The notes beneath the pieces are model-generated. The model worked only from the letters and a program-made list of their open reading frames with translations. It had not been told where the DNA came from and searched no databases. DNA of 55,937 nt, filler included, from Catajapyx aquilonaris (Eukaryota): NCBI GenBank assembly GCA_000934665.2. It is 2 parts of 2 records of this genome, joined end to end, with 100 filler letters (N's around TTAATTAATTAA, not from the genome) between each part and the next. Parts side by side here need not be neighbours in the genome. Positions count along the whole stretch, not along the records: positions 1 to 27,558 come from JYFJ02005052.1; positions 27,659 to 55,937 come from KZ539276.1. One strand, given 5' to 3'. Positions 24,101 through 34,000 of the stretch are shown here, one piece after another (position 1 is the first letter of the stretch; every line of letters starts with the position of its first letter). A program made the position numbers and the translations under genes.

Positions 24101-27024
24101 TGCTAGGACAGGAGGAGTAGGAGGAGGTAGCTGCTTGGGGTAAACAGTGTGAACAGGATGAAAGTGCATGGGTTAGCAGTGCACAGGAACTTGACCTTCA
24201 GGCATGCTACCCATTGCCCTCCAATTGAAGTTTAACTACAATGATCGAGAAATGAACTCTACCTGGTCCTTGTAGTCCTTGGCAACTTTGCGAGCAACCT
24301 CAACCTGCTGGGCGAATTCGGCACTTCCCTTCGAGACAAAGAGGAGAACGTGGCTCTTGATTTCGCCACCAAAAATCTTCTGGGCAGTCTCATGGTTGAA
24401 TTCCACCACCAGAGGCAGGGCATTTGTCTTCACATGCTTAGTCAAGGACTCCTCGGTCATTCCAGCTGCTGGCAACTCATTCCTGCCCTCATCAAACTAT
24501 TAAGAAAAATTTCATCTTGTTACAGGTGAAAATATGCTCTATTCGTGACAGGAAAGTGTAACATGTCCCACAAGAAAGCTGCTGCACAATGGCTCATTGT
24601 TTTAAATTATTTGTCAAGTGCTCCATACGCCAATTAATATTGTTCAATTGGTATATCATTGCTTGATTGGACCAAGCACTTTCAATTAAATTGAAGTCAA
24701 TTTCTCTTGAAATCCTAGCTCACCTTCTTAAGCAGGAGGACAGTGCATTGACTAATTCCATATTCTGAGAAGACAGAATCATCCGAAGTGATGGCAAATG
24801 GGATGTCATCAAGTGCACTTGCTACAGCCAAGAAGGTCTTGGCATCTGCACCTTCCTGGTCCCTGAAAAATCCAATCACAGACACTTGTGAAGCTTCTTG
24901 GAATGCCTTTGCTTCTTCCACAGTGGTGATACTCTTTGCAGGTGGGCCTGTCTTCTTCTCTACCCAAGCGACAATCTCATCACCGGTACGTCCTCCTGCA
25001 AACAGAAAACAAGGTACACTTTACTTTTATCTGTGATTCCACCTCTCAATGTCATTCACCACAGGCAGCACAATGAGCATCCCTTTTCATTTTATAAGCA
25101 GTTACGTCACCAACAGAATCTGTGGAAAATTAAAAGTGTAAAAATGTACCCTGCTTGATTCCGCCCTGATTGGCCATGTTTAAAGCTCCTCTAACCAGGA
25201 GGATAGAAGCAGGGAATGAGTACTCTTCCAACAGATTGTCAGAAAGTTACAGGCATTTCAAGCCTGCTTTCTAAGGGCTGTTGGATGTTGTTTAAAAGTA
25301 ACAATTCTCTTCTCCACAAGAGCCCCTTCCAAAATTCTAAGCTTAAAAATTAGTGATCTATATATTTGATTCTAATCATGTTGTCACCAATCACAGTCAG
25401 AAACAAGTTTGATCAAAATGAGTATGATATCCCTATTAATCATACCCTCATCATACATGAGAGGCATATAGGTGCAGTATTCCTTAAAAAAACTGTCGTG
25501 GAGTGGAAGCATTACACTCAATTATGTTGATTGTTAACATTATACCAGTGGTTTCCAACCAGGGGGTAGCAGGCAGGGTCGCGAGCCTTGGTTCAACTGT
25601 TTTTTTGTGTGTGCAATTTCTGTGTCGATTGAACCATTTTGCGGCCGTACAGAGCGTATGTTTTCTGGAAAGGGGGTAACAGTTGGTAAAAGGTTGGAAA
25701 CCACTGCAAACCTGTGTATAGCGGAATCGCACGGGACCCCAAAAATTTTCCGTTATGGATAGGTTTCCACTATAACCAGATCATGGATGCTACTGATTTC
25801 TTTCTTTCTTTTTTTTTTTTTTTGCCCACGAGAAAGATTGGAAAATGGGGAGCGCAAAATTAAGCACCTTACCTCAATATGGTGCAAAATCATAATTTTA
25901 CCTGCTCCATAGGACCATCAACCCGGACTCGAGCAATATGTTGAACCCGTGTCAACCCTTTCCTCTTCCCCGACATTTTAAAACTGGACTGAACCGTGAA
26001 CTGAAAGGCACTGCTACGTTCATGGCCGTTTTTCGAGTTTCCCAATCAAAAATAGTCCCCTTTTCCCACTCTTTATCTTCAAGGCTACAGCCCATAGCAA
26101 TTATGAGACACAGGTCCAAAAAGGGTTACTCAGAGGCCTCCTGGGAGGGCCCGGAACTCAGCTGTAGTTTATATTTTTGTGACTCGCAGGAGAAAATGCG
26201 AACCTTTTGATTTCCGTTATGAACAGAGATTTTCTCTGAAGGGAGCCAAAAATCCCTTCCGTTTCCGCGTTGGGCAGGTTCCATTATATCCGTCAAAAAA
26301 TACATTGCATACCCTACGCATATGCCCATTCCTGGAAAAAATTCTGTAATGGGATAGTTTCCGCTATATCCAGGGTCCGTTATGGGCAGGTTTCACTGTA
26401 CTATAACCGCCACTCCACTCGAGCTCCCATTTCCCCCTCAATTTCCCATTTCTATTACAATTATTCAAGCTGAACACTACTGAAACAATTCACCAAGTAC
26501 TTCACATGTAATAGAAATACATTGCACACTTCATGCTAACTCATACCAGTTACCCTTGAGCCATTCACAAAATGTGAATAGCTCTGCATGTAGATATCAT
26601 CTGAAATCCCATCCCATATCCTCCATAACTTTCCACACAAAGCCTATCACTTCCCTCTCTAACAAAGCAGCTAACGTTTCATAACTCTAATTTTAAATGT
26701 TCAAAAAATCCAGTTCCCCCCTTGCGTAGCATGTCCACAGTGCAAATACACCATGTGCTCATCAGTAGACAGTCATCAATATCAATTAATTGTACCCTGC
26801 AAGAAATGAAAGAAAACATAACATACCAGTGTATTCAATTGGCTTCCCATCCCTGTAGAACTTGAGAGTTGGGTATCCCCTGATGTTAGTCTTCTCAGCA
26901 AGTTCAGTCTCCTCTGTGGCATCCACCTTGCCCAGCTTGATATCTGAGCCCTTTTCTGTCAGCTTCTGTGCTGCCTTAACATATTCAGGGGCTAGAGCTT
27001 TGCAGTGACCACACCAGGGGGCAT
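21146..27024 (-). CDS. Pdi: Protein disulfide-isomerase (PDIA1/P4HB type, a-b-b'-a'-c), 5'-incomplete spliced gene: complement(join(21146..21199,21857..21946,22665..22964,23100..23300,24263..24496,24724..24995,26827..27024))
   Basis: Seven exons with canonical GT-AG boundaries and compatible phases join in frame (1349 nt including stop). Two APWCGHCK thioredoxin active sites, YP cis-Pro loops (GYPTLKF, SYPTIKL), acidic tail and KDEL-stop. The signal-peptide exon was not found in the window. Confidence 0.97.
21572..21652 (-). CDS. Pdi: Pdi penultimate exon, variant B (duplicated, candidate mutually exclusive exon): [27 protein letters not shown]
   Basis: gactag|GTG acceptor, GAG|gtagtt donor, 81 nt, same phase as variant A, open frame, 11 of the first 18 residues identical to variant A. 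Confidence 0.82.
21655..21778 (-). promoter_or_regulatory. AG-exclusion zone with distant branch points and polypyrimidine tract upstream of exon B
   Basis: No AG on the minus strand for 124 nt; two CACTAAT motifs (21741-21747, 21761-21767) followed by a long U/C tract. Confidence 0.65.
21857..21946 (-). CDS. Pdi: Pdi penultimate exon, variant [31 protein letters not shown]
   Basis: ttctag|ATT acceptor, GAG|gtaaag donor, 90 nt, phase 0; YNGERTL motif that closes the a' domain. Confidence 0.93.
22665..22964 (-). CDS. Pdi: Pdi exon, x-linker and a' domain: [21 protein letters not shown]...[14 protein letters not shown]...[13 protein letters not shown]
   Basis: ttttag|CAA acceptor, AAG|gtcagc donor, 300 nt; second WCGHC; overlaps ORF 22632..22916. 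Confidence 0.97.
23100..23300 (-). CDS. Pdi: Pdi exon, b' domain: [44 protein letters not shown]...FIDGKLK
   Basis: ttttccacag|ATT acceptor, AAG|gtgtga donor, 201 nt; RILEFFG motif. Confidence 0.95.
23293..23618. repeat. Direct duplication, copy 1 (snoRNA, splice acceptor and first 8 exon nt)
   Basis: Aligns end to end with 25112-25445; core 23322-23519 is identical to 25141-25338. Confidence 0.97.
23323..23466 (-). ncRNA. Intronic box H/ACA snoRNA, copy 1
   Basis: Sense to Pdi. Hairpin 1 (TCCAACAG/CTGTTGGA base, internal pocket, AGAAAG/CTTTCT and CAGGC/GCCTG upper stems), H box AGAGTA (23402-23407), hairpin 2 (CCCTGCTT/AAGCAGGG base), ACA at 23326-23328 followed by TTT; 144 nt. Confidence 0.85.
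23916..24053. mobile_element. Tc1/mariner-type MITE in a Pdi intron
   Basis: 33-bp imperfect terminal inverted repeats (CAGTCACT...AGCCTGA / TCAGGCT...AGTGACTG), 4 mismatches; TA on the right, TC on the left. Confidence 0.6.
24263..24496 (-). CDS. Pdi: Pdi exon, b/b' junction: [12 protein letters not shown]...[23 protein letters not shown]...KDYKDQ
   Basis: aatag|TTT acceptor, CAG|gtagag donor, 234 nt; typical PDIA1 [16 protein letters not shown] motif. Confidence 0.95.
24724..24995 (-). CDS. Pdi: Pdi exon, end of a domain and b domain: [19 protein letters not shown]...CTVLLLKK
   Basis: tttgcag|GA acceptor, AAG|gtgagc donor, 272 nt (phase 1 to 0); overlaps ORF 24715..24921. Confidence 0.95.
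25112..25445. repeat. Direct duplication, copy 2
   Basis: Aligns with 23293-23618. Confidence 0.97.
25142..25285 (-). ncRNA. Intronic box H/ACA snoRNA, copy 2 (identical to copy 1)
   Basis: Same sequence offset by 1819 nt, in a different Pdi intron; H box 25221-25226, ACA 25145-25147. Confidence 0.85.
25546..25706. mobile_element. hAT-like MITE
   Basis: Perfect 15-bp TIR CAGTGGTTTCCAACC / GGTTGGAAACCACTG; no intact 8-bp target-site duplication. Confidence 0.75.
25707..26398. mobile_element. pogo/Tigger-like non-autonomous DNA element
   Basis: Right end ...CCGTTATGGGCAGGTTTCACTG|TA; damaged left end AAACCTGTGTATAGCGGAA abutting the hAT-like MITE; repeated subterminal TTCCGTTAT/TTCCGCTAT motifs. 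Confidence 0.6.
26827..27024 (-). CDS. Pdi: Pdi first visible exon, a domain: (Y)[65 protein letters not shown](G)
   Basis: ctaatgcag|AT acceptor, ACTG|gtatgt donor, phase 1 at both ends, WCGHC motif. Not in the ORF track. Confidence 0.96.
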
Positions 27025-27558
27025 CTGCATTAGAGCAAAAAAAGACATTCGTAAGTTGCTATTTCTGTGAGGTAGCGCAACTTCAAATTTATAAAACAGT
27101 CCGGCCCGGAAAATTCACTACCATTTAAAAAAATTGTCTGCAAACATAACCACCATAAATTTGAACTTGTTTTCTCTCTCTATAATGAATTCAATAGTAT
27201 CGAGACTTCTGCACAAGGGCCATGGCCCAGCAGGGAAATAAAACTTATAAACTTATTATTATTATTGAGACTTGATTGAATATCACAAAAAACTCAAACC
27301 AAAATTGAATCGTCTGACACGTGTGGATATTTTAAACACCTAGCACAAAACTCTTTTTTACTTTTGTCATGAAAAATTACTTGAATGCTACTCTGTGATA
27401 CTAAAATAATATAAGTTACTGCCAGATGTTTGGGTATGTGCAGGAATTAAACTTCTACACAAGCACTGCACCAACGGTACGCCTTTCCAGTGCTCAAAAA
27501 TTCGAAAGACTGGCAATGAAATACCTACATTTTTTCAGCTTTCCTAACACTCCCCGGA

Positions 27559-27658
27559 NNNNNNNNNNNNNNNNNNNNNNNNNNNNNNNNNNNNNNNNNN
27601 NNTTAATTAATTAANNNNNNNNNNNNNNNNNNNNNNNNNNNNNNNNNNNNNNNNNNNN
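27559..27658. other. Artificial contig join: N44-TTAATTAATTAA-N44
   Basis: Exactly 100 bp, symmetric, with a central 12-mer that has stop codons in all six frames. Confidence 0.92.
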
Positions 27659-30600
27659 CCCCCCCCCATTCCAACTTGCCAAACCCTAACTTTTTGCACA
27701 CACTCAAACCTCCTCCTTCCCCCTCTCATTCCCTCCCCTAGTTCCCTTCCATCACACAGTGCAAATCAGCGGACGTGAAAGGTAAGCCTCAGTTCATTTG
27801 GCAGGCTAGTCTGCTACGAGGATCGCTCTTCTTTTCCAAATGTAGCGCATGCTGAAAAGTGCTGTGCTTTCCAGTCCTCCCCGCTCCGCCTTCCCCCTCC
27901 TCACCCCCCAAAAAACCCCGCCCAGGCCCAGGAGGTGCTTCAACCTCACCTATAATCATACAAGCGCCTCTACCCCCCCATCTAGAAAAGTGTCTGCCGA
28001 AATGCAACCAAAACCTTTCATCATCTTGTTGACTCTTTCTCCCCCCCTCCTCCTCCTGAAACTCCCTTATGATATTACCAATCAAGAAGGAACTACAGGA
28101 GTTTGCTACTAGATGTTTATTGACGACTATGATATTGACCGTTTTTTTTTTTTTACTCTGAGCCCACAAGCCTAACCCTCCCCCAAACTCAGATCACTGG
28201 TGCTGAATATAAAAAGTTGCAGGCATTCAACTCTCTAAACTTGAGGGGGGGTTGAATTTAGTAGGGCGACTCGATGTGAATTACAAAAACCCTCCAAGTT
28301 AGGTTTCATCAGCATGAAGGTGGGGTCTCAAAATGGGTGGGGACCTCAACACCCATCCTGCCCGAAAAAAAAAAAAATCGGGAGGGGGAAAAAAAAGTGG
28401 AAGAATAGCATAACTGTGCGAAACGTTTATGTATACGCGTTGAAGGGAGAGAATGAAACGCGAGATATTTGCCAGAAGATGATGTCCGCAAATTCGGTTT
28501 GTAAGAGGAGGGAGCCTGGTTTTCCAGTAGGGGGAGAATACGCAGTGTGTTTGAACATTCTATTACCTTGAGTTATGTGGTGCAGAAGCGGAGTCAGGAT
28601 TCTTCCTCCATCCACCCTCCACAATCCGGATGGGGGATGGGGGAAAAAAAAGTTGCTGGACTTCTGATACGACAGAAGTCCGTTTAAGCAGTGAGAAACT
28701 GCGGAAGGCTGCAGATTTACTGAGAAATTCAAATGGCAGAATGGCAAGGAATAATGCATGTAGGGAATTGTTTTAAAAAAATCTCAGCGAAATTACGTCT
28801 ATAAGAATTTATTAAGCACAATCTATACGCAACCCAATTGTCAAACAAGCCGTTTGTCACAGGCAATAATCCGACAACTACCCCTCTGGCTCGTTTGAGC
28901 AGATGGTTCGACTCACCTTGTATTTCGCCCCCCCTCTGCCTTGTAATCGCTCCTCAGTCACCTTTACAACTCATTCGCTTAGCGATAACACACCAAATCC
29001 CCCCTGCTGATCGATAGATATAACTCCTATCAATTCCAGAGTGGGAGGCCCACATTTGCATAGAGTGCTTCTTCCGGCCAATGCGGGCACAAGTGCAGGG
29101 GTTTTTTTTTTAGCGGAACGGATCACACGTTTTTTTTCGCATACACTCGTGCAAAATAATTTTCCGACGTCACATCCGGCCATTTTCTTCCTCCAGGTTA
29201 CCGCATTCCTTTGGCCTCCACGTTCAAGTCATCCGGACTGCTCTTCCGTGAAACCCTATTTATTTTATCCGGTCGTTTGGAAACGCGGTTTTGTGCAGAA
29301 TGGCATGCATAAATAATGTGCCTACGGACATACGACCTGCGTATGCACATTCGAGTAAAAAAATTTGTATTTAAAGAAAAACCTCTAAACAAGCAGTTGA
29401 TTGCAATTACAGTTCACCCGCAGCTATTTCCCCTCACAAACATTACCCCCCCCCCCTCCCCCCAAGCGTTGCTCTCTCGCAGCGGTAGATACTGCAAAGT
29501 TTACTGATTAATTAGTCGATTAATCGATTTTAAATAATTTTAAAACCCCCCGAATGCCAGAAACCTCCCCCCAATTTCAGTAATGGAATATTCAAAGTCC
29601 GCAATAAAAACTGTGACAATAAAATCAATGACACGAAAAAATATTCATGGCTTGCCCCCTCCATCCTAATTAGAATACTACTGCCGCACATAAAAATTAA
29701 TGGCAAAAACTCGCATTTTTGCTGTGTCACTCATTAATCCCGGAATCTCCCTCAAAAAAATAAAAATCGAATTGTATTGCACTCCTGGAAAATTTCCCCC
29801 TTGTAAAATGCTTTACTGCTTAATTATTTTTCCCTAGCTAAAACCAAGGAGGGCGGTTCAAGTGGCAAAAACTTCCTTCGAGAAAAACAAAGATGTTGTG
29901 TAAGAGATCCCGAATAATTCCATTCCTTCCCATCTTCCCCCCTTTCCATTCTTTTCCCTCCTCCAGCAAAAGACGCTCCGAAACAATTACTGCATGCTGT
30001 AAAATAATTTGATTAAAGACCCCCCCACTAATGAAAATGCAAGCAGTGGCACTCTGTTTACAAAAGTATAAGAGGGGGGGAGGGAGAGGGGGTGGAAATA
30101 TGCAGGGTTGGGGGGGGAGGGCCGAATATAGGCAATTTTCCTAATATTATCTTCATAAATCTGTCCAGAAAGCTAAGTTTCCAGCCTCCCCTGGAATATT
30201 ATAAGGATGTTTCTTTTACAGCCCACTCTCCATGGGGGGGGGGGGGGGTTTGGTGAGGATGATCTCCGGCAGCGTCATCGCACTGGTCTCCAATTAATTT
30301 TATAACCCCCTTCCTTGTCATCGCTCATTAAAATCATGACGCATTCAGCGCTACATCCGCAGCCACCCAAAAAGCTGGAGGGACAAGGGCCGAGGATGGA
30401 ACTGCAAATATGGACCAGAGGAAGAGGATGAGAGGGTGGACATCGCCTAGGGGGGGAGGTCCACACTACCAATCAACGATCCATGTGTGTTTCCTAGTCT
30501 CCAGTTTTTTTCCCCTCCTCATGAAGTATACAGGTTCCCTCAAAAATATGAAGGGCAGGGGGGGGGGGGGANGGGGGGGAAGCTAGCTTATTACCATTTT

Positions 30601-30725
30601 TGACAAACTTTAAAACAGTGCCGTCGGGAATATTTCTGACACCATTTACATAAAAGTGTGGGGGGGCATCAGGCAGTCAGAAAGTGAGAGAGGGGATGCG
30701 TATACATGGAGAAAAAAAATATGGT

Positions 30726-31039
30726 ATCTCCAACTCCCCACTGTTGCCATGTATATGCCTCAGGATGACCACCTTCCGAGCAAGGTGGTCATCCTGAGGA
30801 ATATAAATGGCAACAGTTGGAGATTTAAGATGAAGAAATAAATGCCTCAAAATGCGAAGAAATTTCGTAAGAAAAATGGTGGTAATCCCCCTCCCCCCCC
30901 CCCACCCTAAAAGCTTTTTAAAAATGCCTCAGGATGACCACCTTCCGACCAAGGGCATACAGTTAGGATTGGAGATACGCCTCAGGATGACCACCTTAGT
31001 CGGAAGGTGGTCATCCGGAGGCATATACATACAACAGTG
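30726..31039. repeat. Palindromic repeat cluster built from CCTCAGGATGACCACCTT
   Basis: Motif forward at 30758, 30927, 30980 and inverted at 30782-30799 and 31004-31021; long hairpin 30726-30824. Confidence 0.9.
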
Positions 31040-34000
31040 AGAAAGCAAGAAAATAGAGAAAATCCGAACTTGCTGGCTTACGAATCTTCACTATATAGGC
31101 GATATGGCAGGAAATACTCCCCCTATATAGAGTACAGTCATAACCGGGGTTTCCTTTTCAAACCCAATGAACATGCCCATCACCCCCAATCCTCGTCGCA
31201 ATAACACCCAGACCTTGAGACAATTTCATGAAAGTTTCATCTGGCCCAGGTTCGAGCAAAAATTGAGGCTAGTTCCGTAATCTAGACTGGTTTTTGTTAC
31301 GGAATGGGGGTTCCCGGAGATCAACCTTCCCTAGGCGGTTACCGGACCCCCGGATTCCCCGGATAAAAAAAAATGTGTGGGAGAGAGAGAGCGCGTCGCA
31401 TTTGAGTGGGGGAAAGGGGGGGGGGAGACAACAGCAACCGCCGACGGGGAGAAAATCGCGAGGGGGCCACTTCCGACAAGCCCTGGAATGGCCCCTGAAG
31501 ACTGCAACTGAATTGTCAACCGCCAATAAAATCTCGCCTTGCAGCAACATAAAATTAAGCCAGACAGGGTCATTGCGAGACCCGGGAATAAAGGCAAGGA
31601 TCTCTCTTTAGAGACACCCCCTCCAAACCTTCCCAGCAGGCTCAGATGCGACTCCATAACGTCGTCTGAGATTGATCCCGAAAGTGACCATTCCGATATA
31701 TCGATCAAGGGGACTCCGTCTCTTTCCTGGTTGAAGTTATGACACATTGTGTCACATTCATATTTAAATGGAAATTCACTAAAAATGATGGTATAATCTG
31801 TATGGTTTTGTGGCCCTGCCAGGCACGGTCTACCTGGATGATTTTTAGTTTGCAAGAATAGCGAACTGAGCGCTTATTGTGGGTGTAAATTTCACCTGGG
31901 CTAACTTTTATTTGAAAAAAATACGCGACTGCAAAAACTGTGTTGCTAGACGTCAAGGGACATGCGACAAACACTCCTGCATCCCCCTAAATAATGTCGC
32001 GCTTGTTAATTTATCTGAGTACACTTTAAATGATAGCACTGCACTGGGGTGATGCTCGAAAACGCAACAAAAAATTATTTAGCGTGATTGCCTAATTAGA
32101 GCAAAACATTCACTCTCTGCAACACAGCCCCCCCCCCCCCCGTATTTACGAGCAAAGTTATCAAACGGAGTGTCTTCGAAAACAAATTAGGGTCTCTTTC
32201 TGGAGGAGGAGAAAAAGAAAGAAAGTCCCGGATTATCTGATTAGCCCGCCAAGTCTTTATGAATCGGAACACAAAAGTTTAGCTTGCCACAACACAAAAC
32301 GACGCAGACTTGTAGGAACGGTGCTGCATTCAACCATAATTTGACAGAGAAATTATTCACACTGCTCTACACTCTAGATTAGGGTTAATAAAATATCTTA
32401 ACTCGCCCCCTATTCTTCCTAACGTCGTTATACCGGGCAGGGGGGGGGGGGGGCTTACAAAGCAAGAGGAAAGTTCTATTGGCGACAAACCACTCGCAAA
32501 AGTTTTCTGACATTTTTAAACGTGACTAATAATTAATAGGCAGCAAAGATCAGGAAGTCGCACCCTAAACACTAATTAAGATCAGGCAATCCCTGCCCTA
32601 TAACCTTTTATCATTGAATTCAACTAGCTGTGTGGGCATCAAATGTACAAATAATATTAAACCGGATTACCGGACAAAGAAAGCAAGTAAAGCCAGTCCG
32701 GAAAAACCTTCACGTCGCATTCACTCGATGATTTGCGAGCTAAATCAATCTCCAAATTGATTAGTCCCGAAAAATCAGGAGCTAATCTATGACGGGTCAT
32801 AAATCCCCTCTCACCAACCCCAGACTGCAATGCCATATTATCGTCAGTGGAAAACTTCATGTGAGAGCTTGCGTAAGAAGGATTTGAAGTTTTTTTAACA
32901 GCTCACACTCAGCATGAAAAAATATATATCATAATATCAACGCTAAAGCACTTGTGTCATGACTTGTGTGACCTTAATATATTACTGTTACAAGATCATT
33001 ATGACATGAACGTATTGGATACACGTATAACACATGCGTGGTGGTCAAACAATGACATACATACACAACTGTCTATTCAACATATCTGAAGTTGAGCGGT
33101 GCATACATTTCAAGTCCTGCATGTAACTTACAACCATAATGTCAACAGGAATATTTGCCAGAATATTAACATTTGCCGAAACCTGATGCGTGATGTTATC
33201 AAAACTTGTGATAATTCGCATACTATGTACATGGAATTATCCCGTCCGCAAAATATGGATGTCAATGATGAAAGGACGTTCATTATGCAGCATTATATTA
33301 AACCATCCGACCATATATTCGTAAACATATGATGCAACGCAGTATGCAATACCGCTTATCTCACCTCCGCTGCAGTATCTAAAAAAAAACTGCAATTTAT
33401 TTTACCGTTATTGCAGCTTATGAAACTATTGTGGCAACGATCGGCCAAACAGAAAACAATGCAACATAAAAACGATAAAGTATTCCGTTCCCGAATGAAA
33501 GCAACAAACAGCAAATGAAAATTCCTCCATAACAATCACCAATTCTCAATATCTCCCTACACGTCACACGCGTCCCATTTCTTCTCAAAAAACCCACAAC
33601 TCTGTAAGCAAATATAATATTCCTCCCAACCCACCCCCCTTTAAAAAAAACTCACCTGAAAATCGTTTTACAACTCTCCCTGATGAATAATTGCAGCCCC
33701 ATAATAGGGAAAAAGGGTGGCCTCGCTCTGACTTCCATTCCGTCATACGTGAGTCCCCCCAATTTCCATTCCCTTGCTCTTCCTCACATACACACAAAAA
33801 AAGGGGCACCCCCCTATCCCATTTATGCCTTGTTGTGGAAAAGTAGCATGCAAATAATATGAAGCCACGGATATGCCACATGTATATATATTTAAAGGAG
33901 AGTCCCGTCCCCTCTCTCTGGGGCAAAAAAATAAATAGCGAAAAGCCAGGGGAAAATTAATGGCCCCAAGCAACTGATTATTATACCACAGGTCAGCTCT

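Noticed and set aside
24560..24682. Third H/ACA snoRNA in the short Pdi intron (AAGTGCT/AGCACTT stem)
   Set aside because: No proper second hairpin or pocket geometry; box matches are expected by chance in AT-rich sequence.
22719..25158. Plus-strand ORFs over Pdi exons
   Set aside because: Antisense shadows of real coding exons.
30758..31021. CRISPR-like array
   Set aside because: Eukaryotic context, mixed orientations, irregular spacing, no cas genes.
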